Shown here: positions 32,099 to 41,467 of the stretch, one piece after another | Layout of the letters: each line of letters starts with the position of its first letter | Numbering within the stretch: position 1 is the stretch's first letter | Assembly (NCBI GenBank): GCA_965246995.1 | Contig: OZ252008.1 | Location: 772,671-836,670 of the forward strand | DNA: 64,000 bases | Direction: 5' to 3' | DNA from: Vicinamibacterales bacterium | Lineage (GTDB): Bacteria > Acidobacteriota > Vicinamibacteria > Vicinamibacterales > UBA8438 | Program-made: the position numbers and the translations under genes | Notes under the pieces: model-generated | Databases searched by the model: none | Told to the model about the DNA's origin: nothing | The model's input: the letters and a program-made list of their open reading frames with translations, nothing else

Positions 32099-33019
32099 CT
32101 ACCTCCGCGCCGTCTTGCGGCGCACCTCCGCCCGCCAGTAGTCCAGCAGGTGGGCGAGGGCATCGTCCAGGCTGATCGTCGGGCGCCAGCCGGTGGTGTT
32201 GGCGATGCGTGCGTTGTCGCCGAGCAGCACCGGATGGTCGCTCGGCCGGTAGCGTGTAGCGTCGGCCCGCACACCGATCGCACGGTCCGCGAGTGCCAGC
32301 AGGCGGTCGAGTACCGTCCGCATCGGATGCGCGGCGCCAGAACAGACGTTGTAGACGATCCCGCTCTCGCCCCGGTCCATCAGCGCCCGGTACGCCGACA
32401 CCGTATCGCGCACGTCGAGGATGTCGCGGCGCGCGTCGAGCGAGCCGACGTCGATCACCGGATCGACCCCGCCCGCTTCTATCCGGGCGATCCGATTGGC
32501 GAAGCTGGACGCGGCGTACCCGACGCTCTGGCCGGGACCGATGTGCGTGAACGATCGGGTCAGGACGATATCGAGACCGTCAGCCGCGATGCGCTGGGCC
32601 AGCATCTCCTGCGCCAGCTTGCTCAGGCCGTAGGGGCTGATTGGCCCGACAGGATCATCCTCGGTAAGGGCGGTCGGCTTCGGGCGGTAGACAAGCGCCG
32701 AACCGGGGATCAGAACACGCGCCCCGGGCGCGTTCGCCTGCAGGGCGTCGAGCAGATGCTCGGTGCCGATCACGTTGGTTTGGAGCGTGACGGCGCGGGT
32801 TCGCCAGGAATCCGCTGCGCTCGCCGCGCCGGCGCAGTGATAGACCCGGGTCGGTCGGAGCGTGGCGATCGCGCGCGTGACAGCCGGCGCGTCGAGGAGA
32901 TCGACGTCGGTACGTCGCCAGGCCGTGAGCGTGGCGTCGGCGGATGCGTCGCGGAGGGTGGTGACGAGGTGTCGACCGACGAAGCCCGCGGCGCCGGTGA
33001 CGAGAATGCGATCAGGCAT
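32099..33019 (-). CDS. NAD-dependent sugar-nucleotide epimerase/reductase (extended SDR, GDP-6-deoxy-mannose reductase-like)
   Basis: Contains ILVTGAAGFVGRHL, YHCAG, PISPYGLSKLAQE and RSFTHIGPGQ. Confidence 0.8.
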   Translation of the reverse strand: MPDRILVTGAAGFVGRHLVTTLRDASADATLTAWRRTDVDLLDAPAVTRAIATLRPTRVYHCAGAASAADSWRTRAVTLQTNVIGTEHLLDALQANAPGARVLIPGSALVYRPKPTALTEDDPVGPISPYGLSKLAQEMLAQRIAADGLDIVLTRSFTHIGPGQSVGYAASSFANRIARIEAGGVDPVIDVGSLDARRDILDVRDTVSAYRALMDRGESGIVYNVCSGAAHPMRTVLDRLLALADRAIGVRADATRYRPSDHPVLLGDNARIANTTGWRPTISLDDALAHLLDYWRAEVRRKTARR

Positions 33020-33022
33020 CCA

Positions 33023-35548
33023 CTAGAGGGTGCCTCCGCCGAGCGCACCGAAGACGTTGGCGAAGCGGCCTAGGCCGGCGAGCGTGAACGAGACGTTGAT
33101 CCTCCGGTCGTTCGGCAGGAACGCTCTCGTGCCAAGCCCTTCGAAGTTGTACACCTGGTACTCGAGACTGACGTTGCAGCACTGGGCGTTGTAGTAGAAC
33201 AGCAGCCGCTGCATCAGGTGCTGCCCGCGCCGGACGTCGTAGTTGAAGGAATAGAGCCCGCCCACAGTGTTGCCGGGGGTGCGCAACGCCGTGTACGCGT
33301 TGAGGTAGTGGTCGAGCCGGCTCGGATCGTTGAAGCCTGGAAGCTGCGGGATGAGCCGCCGCTGGCTCCAGCCGCCGCGCGCCTCCAGCCACCCCCCACG
33401 GTCGTAGCGCCCCTCCGCCGAGATGGACCGGAGCGTTCGGTAGGTTGGGTCGATCTCGGCCCGCATCGTCGCGCTTAGCTCACGGGTCGGCTCCGCCCGG
33501 ACCAGGAGTGACATCGGTGACCAGTGTGTCGGCTTGGCGCCGCTGAAACTGGTCCGGAACGTCCGGTCGTACTGCGAGGCGTTCTCATCGGTGTAATAGC
33601 TTTGCGTCAGCGAAGCCGACAGGACCTCCCGCGCCACGGACTCGCCCCGCCCCCCTTCGTACACCCGCGCGTAGAGACGGGTGTCGAGTCCGTACTGGTA
33701 CTGCCAAACGTCCCCGACGATCGAATCAATGCCTTCGAGGCGAACGATGCGGTCGAATGTGTCAATCGCGCTTACGCGGCGCATGCCGAACCACGGCTCG
33801 ATCAGATGCTTCATCCGCTCCGAGTACCCGCTGTTGGGCGTGTCCCAGATCTTGACGAACGAGGGTCCCGTCACGGTAGTTCCCATTTCGAAGTAGGAGC
33901 GGCCGACGCCGGCCGGCACCTGCTGCCGGTTCTCCAGGCTCTCGTCCCAGTAGGTCCAGCGGAACTCCGCACTGGAATCGAATGTGAGGAACGGCCACTT
34001 CGTGAACGGAAACTGAATGCCCGGGTTGACGTCGAAGCGGTTCAACCCGGAGTCGATTTCACTCGTGCTGCTCGTGTTCCGGACGCGCGAGATCCGAAGT
34101 AGCCGGACGAACTCGGTGTCGAGCGAATAGTAGAGCGGTGTGCCCGGGATCTCGGTCTTGCCCTGCCCGAGGGTGACGCGCGGGCCGCCGCCGTAGACCG
34201 CCGAGTGCGTCCCGCCGAAGAACGTCTCACTGCGATCGAACGTGCCGCTCAACTGGTAGCGTCCGAGCTGGCCGCTCACGTTCCCCGTCATGCTGCGCGA
34301 GCTGTTCGACGCGTCGAAGACGTTGTGGTTGTACGTCTGCTGCACGTCGATGTTGGAGAAGTAGTTGAGTTGGCCCCTCGCCATCCATCCGCCCGGCAGC
34401 GCCTGCCGCGTCTGACCGGTCAGCCGGTAGCTCTTCCGCGCTGCGCGGCTGAACGTGCCGCCCCGTCCGGTGACTTCCGCCTCCGCCTCGTTCAGGTAGT
34501 GGAGCCGCGCGTTCCCCTGTGATCCGCCCCCGCGCGTGTAGCGGTACTCGGCCGCCGACCCGGTGCCGCCAAGCGACGTGTACCAGTCGTTAAAGAGCGT
34601 GACGTCCTGGCTGCGGCCGAGCGGCAGGAAGAACGCGTTGCTGATGCTGTTGCCGTGGTAAGTGGAACTGCCCCAGGTGGGCATCAGGAAACCGGTCGCG
34701 CGCCCTTCCTCCGGAACCGGGTAGGGAAGAACGGGTATGTAGAAGACGGGCACTCCCTTCACCTTGAGGACCGCGTTTCGCAGAATGACGTAGCTGTCGA
34801 GATTGATGGTGAACGAAGAGGAGACCAGCTCCCACCGAGGAGTCGGCTGCACGCAACTGGTAAATGCCCCCTTCGTGATCCGGTAGGTCCGGGGTGCGAT
34901 CCGTTCGATCCGCTCGCCATGAAAGAGCATGTCCGGCTCCTGGGTGCCGAACATGCTCCGGTCCACCTCGTCGGCGAGGCTGATCGATCCGCTGGCGTTC
35001 TCGAAGGTCGCGGTCTGATCCGCCGTGCGGTATTCCAGCCGGTCGGCGGCTATACGCGCATCGAGGCCGGTATAGACCACGCTGCCACTCGCCACGAGGC
35101 GCGCCGTGACGTTGGCCAGCGGATTGGCGGGAGCTTCGTCCTCCTCGGGTTCGCCATCCCTCGGCTCGTCGTTCACTTCCTCCGTTTCGGCGTTCGCCGC
35201 GGCGTCTTCGCTGGCGTCGGCCTCCGTCCCGGCGGCGGTTGCGTCGCTGGACTCCGTCTCCTCCGTGTCGATGTAGATGTCGACCTGATCGGCTGAGAGA
35301 TCGAACGTGTCACCGTTGATCTGCACGTCGCCGCTGAGCCGGAGGTGGTCACCGCTTACCACCTCGTAATGCGCCTGCCGATAGTCGAACGGGAGGTTCG
35401 GAAAGAGTTGGGCGGAGGCGTGGACCGACAGCAGGGGGAGCGCCGCCACAACGGCTGCTGCCACCATCATGGGTCGCTGGATTCCACGCACGGCAGTCGA
35501 TTGTACCCGCGCCCATTCGCCCCCGGGGTTCCCGCCTGAACGATTCAA
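33023..35548 (-). CDS. lptD: LPS-assembly outer-membrane protein LptD (OstA family)
   Basis: Signal peptide MMVAAAVVAALPLLSVHASAQ, an OstA-like N-terminal domain (LSGDVQINGDTFDLSADQV...ASGSVVY...ADRLEY) and a large beta-barrel. The start is uncertain: TTG 35548, GTG 35488 or ATG 35470. Confidence 0.7.
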   Translation of the reverse strand: MNRSGGNPGGEWARVQSTAVRGIQRPMMVAAAVVAALPLLSVHASAQLFPNLPFDYRQAHYEVVSGDHLRLSGDVQINGDTFDLSADQVDIYIDTEETESSDATAAGTEADASEDAAANAETEEVNDEPRDGEPEEDEAPANPLANVTARLVASGSVVYTGLDARIAADRLEYRTADQTATFENASGSISLADEVDRSMFGTQEPDMLFHGERIERIAPRTYRITKGAFTSCVQPTPRWELVSSSFTINLDSYVILRNAVLKVKGVPVFYIPVLPYPVPEEGRATGFLMPTWGSSTYHGNSISNAFFLPLGRSQDVTLFNDWYTSLGGTGSAAEYRYTRGGGSQGNARLHYLNEAEAEVTGRGGTFSRAARKSYRLTGQTRQALPGGWMARGQLNYFSNIDVQQTYNHNVFDASNSSRSMTGNVSGQLGRYQLSGTFDRSETFFGGTHSAVYGGGPRVTLGQGKTEIPGTPLYYSLDTEFVRLLRISRVRNTSSTSEIDSGLNRFDVNPGIQFPFTKWPFLTFDSSAEFRWTYWDESLENRQQVPAGVGRSYFEMGTTVTGPSFVKIWDTPNSGYSERMKHLIEPWFGMRRVSAIDTFDRIVRLEGIDSIVGDVWQYQYGLDTRLYARVYEGGRGESVAREVLSASLTQSYYTDENASQYDRTFRTSFSGAKPTHWSPMSLLVRAEPTRELSATMRAEIDPTYRTLRSISAEGRYDRGGWLEARGGWSQRRLIPQLPGFNDPSRLDHYLNAYTALRTPGNTVGGLYSFNYDVRRGQHLMQRLLFYYNAQCCNVSLEYQVYNFEGLGTRAFLPNDRRINVSFTLAGLGRFANVFGALGGGTL

Positions 35549-36870
35549 TTGGCGGCCGGCGCGGCGTGTCCGCGCCCGAGTGCGTGCAGGAGCGCCCCGA
35601 CCAGGTACATCGAACCGGTGACAAGTGCGAGCGGGCTGTCACGCCATGCCTCGTCGAGGGCGGCCCCAGGCGTTTCGGCCGGGATGACCGGAAGGTCGGG
35701 GCGTGCCGCGCGGACGGTGGCGCACAGGTCGGCGACGGAACGGGCGCGCGGGCTGTCGATCGGCGCGCAGATCACGCGGGTTGCCGCCACGCCGAGCGCG
35801 CGGAGCATTCCGGCAGCGTCCTTGTCGGCGAGCGCACCAAAGACGACCGGGAGGCCTTTCGGCGCGATCGTCGTGACGTAGTCAGCGAGCGCGCTGGCGG
35901 CGGCGACGTTGTGCGCCGGATCAAGCAGCACCCGCCGGCCGGGCGCGGCGTCGATCAATTCGAGCCGGCCAGGGCAGCGGACCTCAGTCAACGCCGATAC
36001 GATCGGCTGGCGAGGCACACTGACGCCCGCGCCAGCCAGTTCCTCGAGCAGTCGAAGCGCGACAAGCCCGTTCCGCACCTGGTGCCGGCCGCGCAGGGCT
36101 AGCGTCAGCGGACCATAGTCGCCACGCGGCGTCGTGAGCCGATCGATGCGGGTCAGGCCGGCGGCGTCGATATCCCAGCGCACCGTGACACCATCGTCGA
36201 TGTCAATGAGCCGCGCACCCCGTTGCGCGGCCGTTTTGTCCAGCACCCTTCGGGCGTCCGGTTTCGTTTCCCCGGTCACCACCAGGGAGCCCGGCTTGAT
36301 GACACCCGCCTTTTCCCCCGCGATCGCCTCGAGCGTCTCACCCAGTTGCTGTTGGTGGTCGATGTCGACGGATGGAATGGCGACGGCTGTCGGCGTAACG
36401 ATATTGGTCGCATCGAAACGACCGCCCAGCCCTACTTCTAGCACCGCCACGTCGACCTGCCGCCTGCGAAAGAGGCAGAACGCGAGCGCGGTGGTCGCTT
36501 CGAAGAAAGTGGGAGGATGCGGCAGCTGGCCCGAAGCCTGCAAGGCATCTGCCATGTCGAGGACGAGCGCGGCCTCTGCCGCGAGCGTGTCGCCGTCCAC
36601 CACGTCGCCACTGACCGCGAACCGTTCCGTCAGCGCGATCAGGTGAGGGGAGGTGTAGAGGCCGGTTCGGTAGCCAGCGGCACGTAGTCCCCGTTCAATC
36701 GTTGCCGCGACCGACCCCTTTCCGTTGGTGCCGGCCACGACAATCGAAAGAAAGCTCTCCTCCGGGCCGTCAAGCGCCGCTGCCAGCGTTCGGATGTTGT
36801 CGAGGCCCAGTTTGATACCGAAGCGCTCAAGGTCGAAGAGACGGACGAGGGGATCACCAGGCGGGGCCAA
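35545..36870 (-). CDS. folC: Bifunctional folylpolyglutamate synthase/dihydrofolate synthase
   Basis: Contains VAGTNGKGSV, YTSPHL, AVLEVGLGGRFDATN, IDHQQQLG and the Mur-ligase C-domain sequence LLDPAHN. Confidence 0.92.
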   Translation of the reverse strand: MAPPGDPLVRLFDLERFGIKLGLDNIRTLAAALDGPEESFLSIVVAGTNGKGSVAATIERGLRAAGYRTGLYTSPHLIALTERFAVSGDVVDGDTLAAEAALVLDMADALQASGQLPHPPTFFEATTALAFCLFRRRQVDVAVLEVGLGGRFDATNIVTPTAVAIPSVDIDHQQQLGETLEAIAGEKAGVIKPGSLVVTGETKPDARRVLDKTAAQRGARLIDIDDGVTVRWDIDAAGLTRIDRLTTPRGDYGPLTLALRGRHQVRNGLVALRLLEELAGAGVSVPRQPIVSALTEVRCPGRLELIDAAPGRRVLLDPAHNVAAASALADYVTTIAPKGLPVVFGALADKDAAGMLRALGVAATRVICAPIDSPRARSVADLCATVRAARPDLPVIPAETPGAALDEAWRDSPLALVTGSMYLVGALLHALGRGHAAPAAN

Positions 36871-36896
36871 AACCGCATGCTATCATAGCGCCCGCG

Positions 36897-39119
36897 ATGT
36901 CCCGCGACCGACGTGCACCCCTCCTTTTGCGCGCGTCATTCACCGTCAGCGCGAGACTCGCTCTTTCGATCCTGATTGCTCTGGCTGCGGGCGCCTGCGC
37001 AACCCAGACTGCGCCGGTTGTTGTCGGACCACCCCCGGTTTCCGACCAGGTTTCGTGGATCCTCCGCCTGGAGGACGAGCGCCGCCTCGAGGACCCGCCG
37101 CCCGAGCCGCCGCCTGACTTGGCGCCGGCCGGCGAGGGGAACGGTGATGTGGCGGTCGCGGCCGCATCCGAGGTTCCACCCAGCCCCCCGCCGCTGCGGC
37201 CTAGCCTGCTTGCGCTGCTCGATGCTCCGGAGGCCTACGTCCGGCGGCGCGCCGCGCTCGCTGTGGGACGGGTCGGACTGTCCGAGGGGGTGGAGCCGCT
37301 CATCGCACGCCTGGTTGACCCGGAGCCGGAGGTGCGCCAGATGGCGGCGTTCGCGCTCGGTCTGATCGGTGATCCGGCGGCGACCGAGCCGCTCGTCGAA
37401 AGCCTGCGCGATGTCTCTCCGAAGGTGCAGGGTCGGGCCGCCCGGGCGCTCGCCCGGATCGGCGCTTCGAGCACCGCGCCGGCAGTCGGCACCATGGTTC
37501 GCCGCTACCTCACGAGGGCGTTCAGCCTGGACCCGGAAGACCTCACGTACCCGCTCTCGGACGAGATAGAAGCATTCCGTAACGGTCTCTACGCGCTGGG
37601 TGAAATGGGCGCGTACGAGCCTCTCGCCGAAGCGGTGATCGGTGACGAGAAGCAACCCATTCTCTGGTGGTGGCCGGTAGCTTACGCGCTGGGCCGCACC
37701 GGCGACATGCGCGCGCTGCCGGCGCTGGCGACGCTCGCGAGTGTGGTAGGCAGCCACGGCGTCGCGCTGGCGGCGGAGGGACTCGGCGGCCTGGGGGATC
37801 CGGAAGCCGTAGAGCCGCTTGGCGAGCTGCTCGACCTCGACCGCCGTGATCATCGAGTTGTCAGTGCCGCAATCGAGGCGCTCGGGGCGATCGATGATCC
37901 GGCCGCGGTTGAAGCGTTAGACCGCTTCGTTCGGATCCGGCGCCTTGACGAGCCGCTCCGCATCGCGGCGATAGAGGCACTCGCCCAGCACCGCGCCACT
38001 GCATCGATCGAGGTATTCATCGAACTGCTGGGCCATCCGTCGCCGTACATTCGGGCGGCGTCGCTCCGGGCGCTGGCGGCGGCCGATCCCGAATCGTTCG
38101 TATTCGTCCTCTCCGGGCTCGGCCCGGATTCCGATTGGCGCGTGCGACAGGCACTGGCGGAAGCCCTGCGCAGCGTCGATCCGGGCGGAGCGGCGCCACG
38201 GCTCTGGACCATGCTCGAGGATGACGATCCGCGGGTGGTGCCATCGGTGCTGGAAGCACTCGCCGCGGTCGATGCGCCCGACATGACCGAACTGCTGATC
38301 GGCCGGCTCCGCGTGGAAGACGAGGTCGTTCGGGCGACGGCAGCGCATCTGCTGGGCGAAAGCTGCCCGGCGGAAGGAGCCGAGGCGCTGGCGGAGGCTT
38401 TCGCCACGGCGGAACCCGATCCGTCGCACGTGGCGCGTGCAGCGATCGTCGAAGCGATTGGGCGCTGTGGGGGCGACGTTGCCACGGAGACGCTTCGGAC
38501 GGCGCTTGCCGACCGCGACTGGGCGGTGCGGGTGGCGGCCGCGACCGCGCTCGAGCGGGTGGATCCGGGGGGCGATCATGCGTCGGCGATCCGTCCCGCG
38601 CCCGGTCTGCGGCGGGTCGACTTTTCGGCGCCCCACCTGGTCGCGCCGTCGGTTTCGCCGCACGTTTACATCGAGACGCGCCACGGCATGATCGAGATCG
38701 AGTTGGCGGTGCTCGACGCGCCGCTCGCGACAGAGAGCTTCATGACCCTGGCGCGCGACGGCTACTACGATGGACTGACCTTTCACCGCGTCGAGCGACA
38801 CCAGGTGGTGTACGCCGGCGACCCGCGAGGCGATGGCGCGGGCGGGCCCGGCTACACGCTGCGCGACGAACTGAATCAGCGGCCATTCCTGCGCGGTACG
38901 GTCGGCATGGCCCGCGACGCCCAGGATACCGGGGGTAGCCGGTTTTTCATCACGCTGACGCCGCAACCGCAGTTCGATGGCCACTACACGACGATTGGCA
39001 CCGTGGTCGCGGGAATCGAGGCCGCAGACGCCCTCGAAGAGGATGACCGGATCGACCGCGTACTGATCTGGGACGGCGTGCAGCCGTTTCGGGGCGCCCC
39101 AGCCGATCCCCAGCGGTAG
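36897..39119 (+). CDS. HEAT-repeat protein fused to a C-terminal cyclophilin-type peptidyl-prolyl isomerase
   Basis: About 550 aa of repeated ..VR..AA.ALG.IGDP.A.EPL. units, then FHRVERHQVVYAGDPRGDGAGGPGY...GTVGMARDAQDTGGSRFFITL. The N-terminus resembles a signal peptide or lipoprotein signal. Confidence 0.8.
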   Translation: MSRDRRAPLLLRASFTVSARLALSILIALAAGACATQTAPVVVGPPPVSDQVSWILRLEDERRLEDPPPEPPPDLAPAGEGNGDVAVAAASEVPPSPPPLRPSLLALLDAPEAYVRRRAALAVGRVGLSEGVEPLIARLVDPEPEVRQMAAFALGLIGDPAATEPLVESLRDVSPKVQGRAARALARIGASSTAPAVGTMVRRYLTRAFSLDPEDLTYPLSDEIEAFRNGLYALGEMGAYEPLAEAVIGDEKQPILWWWPVAYALGRTGDMRALPALATLASVVGSHGVALAAEGLGGLGDPEAVEPLGELLDLDRRDHRVVSAAIEALGAIDDPAAVEALDRFVRIRRLDEPLRIAAIEALAQHRATASIEVFIELLGHPSPYIRAASLRALAAADPESFVFVLSGLGPDSDWRVRQALAEALRSVDPGGAAPRLWTMLEDDDPRVVPSVLEALAAVDAPDMTELLIGRLRVEDEVVRATAAHLLGESCPAEGAEALAEAFATAEPDPSHVARAAIVEAIGRCGGDVATETLRTALADRDWAVRVAAATALERVDPGGDHASAIRPAPGLRRVDFSAPHLVAPSVSPHVYIETRHGMIEIELAVLDAPLATESFMTLARDGYYDGLTFHRVERHQVVYAGDPRGDGAGGPGYTLRDELNQRPFLRGTVGMARDAQDTGGSRFFITLTPQPQFDGHYTTIGTVVAGIEAADALEEDDRIDRVLIWDGVQPFRGAPADPQR

Positions 39120-39182
39120 ATCCGGACGGCGTGCCGGTTCGGCCGCGGGTGCACCGGCCACCGGCCACCGGGAATCGGGCTC

Positions 39183-40280
39183 CTAGACGAACCTGAACAG
39201 CTTCACGTTCAACGTGCGGGCGGACTCAGGAGCGCCCTTCCACTGAACCAGGATCGGGCTCTGGTAGGTGCCCCAGCCGATCTCTCCCGCGCCTGCACCC
39301 TTCCGGTCCAGGACCGGCAGGCTGATGCCCCGCTTCATGCGCAGGAAATGGGACACGGGAAGAGCGAGCGCCTTGTTGACCACCCGTTCCACGAACGAGC
39401 GGCGGGCGCCGATCTGGTCCATCAGCTTGTTGAAAACCTGGACCGCGTCGTACTGCGCGTAGTTGAGTGCCTTGGCGGGTATTGCCCGGGGCGCCTGGAG
39501 CGCTTCCCTGCCTATCTGCGCGACGAAGCGCAGCGGATCCTTCAAGACGTCCCGCAGGTCATGGGTCATGAGCAGGGTTTCGTACTCGTTGACGGTCAAG
39601 CCCGCGTTGCTCTCTTCCACCGCGAGTGAGACGTCGAAGCGGCCGAATGACACCTGGTGCTCGCGGGCCAACGCTTCAAGTTGCCCGAGCAGGCCGAGGC
39701 GCGGATCGCGCAGGTTCTGGGCATCGATGGAGTGGGGCGACGCCGGTATCTTCAACTGGATCTGCGCCACCTCTTCCTCGCCGGAGTAAGCGACCACCGT
39801 CGTGCGCCGGTACCGCGTCCCCCCGAGGTGGATTCCGTCCAACTCCACGAACCAGACTGGTTCGTCCCCGTGCAGTTCGTAGGAGGCGGCGCTCCGCATC
39901 CCGCTGCCCATGAATGCAAGGTGGGAGTCGGCGTTCAGTGGCTCGACGGCGCGCTGCTCCTCCGACAGCTCTCTGCGGAGATGGAGCTTGTCGTGATGGT
40001 AGTCGGCGCCCTCCGGAAACAGCTTCAGAAAAACCTGGAGGTAGTCCTGAATGTTGGTGCTGTCATGATCGAGCACCTTGGCGAGGCGCTGGTCGAGATA
40101 GCCGGCCGTTGTGTGGTCCGAAATGTAGAAGGCCTTCGGGTAGCGGGTGAATTCCGGCCCGAACTCTTCGCGCAGCTTCCCGCGAACGTCGATCAGGTCT
40201 ACTCGTGCGGCCGGCTCTATGCGCAGCGTCGCGTGGAAGGGCGCCTCGCGACCGTGCGTGTGCCGATTCACCAGGATCAT
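39183..40280 (-). CDS. Hypothetical protein with two tandem YjbQ/UPF0047-like halves
   Basis: Half 1: FYISDHTTAGYL, DYHHD...NADSHLAFMGSG, WFVELDG..GGTRYRR. Half 2: NAGLTVNEYE, ISLPVLD...GEIGWGTYQSPILVQWKG. The similarity was judged by eye against the YjbQ motifs HT(T/S)A.L..NE and GTWQ.I.L.E. Confidence 0.5.
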   Translation of the reverse strand: MILVNRHTHGREAPFHATLRIEPAARVDLIDVRGKLREEFGPEFTRYPKAFYISDHTTAGYLDQRLAKVLDHDSTNIQDYLQVFLKLFPEGADYHHDKLHLRRELSEEQRAVEPLNADSHLAFMGSGMRSAASYELHGDEPVWFVELDGIHLGGTRYRRTTVVAYSGEEEVAQIQLKIPASPHSIDAQNLRDPRLGLLGQLEALAREHQVSFGRFDVSLAVEESNAGLTVNEYETLLMTHDLRDVLKDPLRFVAQIGREALQAPRAIPAKALNYAQYDAVQVFNKLMDQIGARRSFVERVVNKALALPVSHFLRMKRGISLPVLDRKGAGAGEIGWGTYQSPILVQWKGAPESARTLNVKLFRFV

Positions 40281-40321
40281 TGGAGGCGGCCTGCCAGTCT
40301 ACCGAATCCGTGGTTACCGGT

Positions 40322-41443
40322 CTATTCGGCGAGGGAGAGGTTTGGGCCGGTGACTGCCGGGTTCAGCGGAGGACGCCGGCGGCGCTTGTGACGGTCGAGG
40401 GCCAGGGCGATCAACCGGTCGAGCAGTTCCGGGTAGGGGAGCCCCGAGGCTGCCCACAGTTTCGGATACTGGCTGATCGTCGTGAACCCGGGCAGCGTGT
40501 TCGCCTCGTTGATGTACAACCTCCCGTTGGCTTCATCGAAGAGGAAATCGATCCGCGCCATGCCGGTCAGCTTGAGCGCCCGGTACGCCCGCACCGCCAG
40601 CGCCCGGATCTCCGTGGCCTGCGCATCGGTCAGATGCGCCGGGACGATGATTGCCGAGCGGTCATCGAGGTACTTCGCTTCGTAGTCGTAGAACTCTCCA
40701 GCGGGGATGACTTCACCCGGCACCGAAACTTCCGGCGTGTCGTTTCCCATTACCGAACATTCGATCTCACGCGGGTTCGGCACTGCGGGCTCGACCAGGA
40801 GCGTGTCGTCGTAGCGGTAGGCCGTCGCGAGTGACGCCCGCAACGCGGAGGCGTCTGCGGCTCGCGAAACCCCAACGCTCGAGCCCATGTTCGCCGGCTT
40901 GACGAACAACGGATAGTCGAACACCTCCTCGATGCGCGACACCACGGCATCGGGACTGGCTTCCCAGTCGACGCCGCGGACCACCTCCGCCGGAACGACC
41001 GGAAGGCCGTTGGCGGTGAGCAGGACCTTGGTAACCGACTTGTCCATCGCTACCGCGGAGCCGAGTACCCCCGCCCCGACGTATGGCAGGTCGGACATCT
41101 CGAGCAGCCCCTGCAGGGTGCCATCCTCTCCCCCGGGACCGTGCACTATCGGGAAGGCGACATCGAGATGGAGGCGAGTGAGAATGGAGCCCTCGCGGGT
41201 GGTTGCGCCGTCGAGTGCAGTTGCCGTGTTGCCGGCGCGCGCCGCGCGGATCACGGTCCCCGCCGAAGATGTCGCAGGCGGCTCGTCCGGCACGGACCAG
41301 CCTCCCGCGCGGTCGATATAGACCGGCACCGATTCGTAGCGCGCGGGATCGAGCTGACTGAAGATGGATGCGGCCGACGCGATGGAAACCTCGTGCTCGC
41401 TCGACCGGCCGCCGTAGATCACGCCGACGCGCAGGCGCTGCAC
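40322..41443 (-). CDS. ddl: D-alanine--D-alanine ligase
   Basis: Contains RVGVIYGGRSSEHEVSI, FPIVHGPGGEDGTLQGLLE, FVKPANMGSSVG and YINEANTLPGFT. The start is set at GTG 41443; the track ORF's 190-aa N-terminal extension lies antisense to tgt. Confidence 0.92.
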   Translation of the reverse strand: MQRLRVGVIYGGRSSEHEVSIASAASIFSQLDPARYESVPVYIDRAGGWSVPDEPPATSSAGTVIRAARAGNTATALDGATTREGSILTRLHLDVAFPIVHGPGGEDGTLQGLLEMSDLPYVGAGVLGSAVAMDKSVTKVLLTANGLPVVPAEVVRGVDWEASPDAVVSRIEEVFDYPLFVKPANMGSSVGVSRAADASALRASLATAYRYDDTLLVEPAVPNPREIECSVMGNDTPEVSVPGEVIPAGEFYDYEAKYLDDRSAIIVPAHLTDAQATEIRALAVRAYRALKLTGMARIDFLFDEANGRLYINEANTLPGFTTISQYPKLWAASGLPYPELLDRLIALALDRHKRRRRPPLNPAVTGPNLSLAE

Positions 41444-41467
41444 AAGTGACCTGTAGTATACGCGAGC

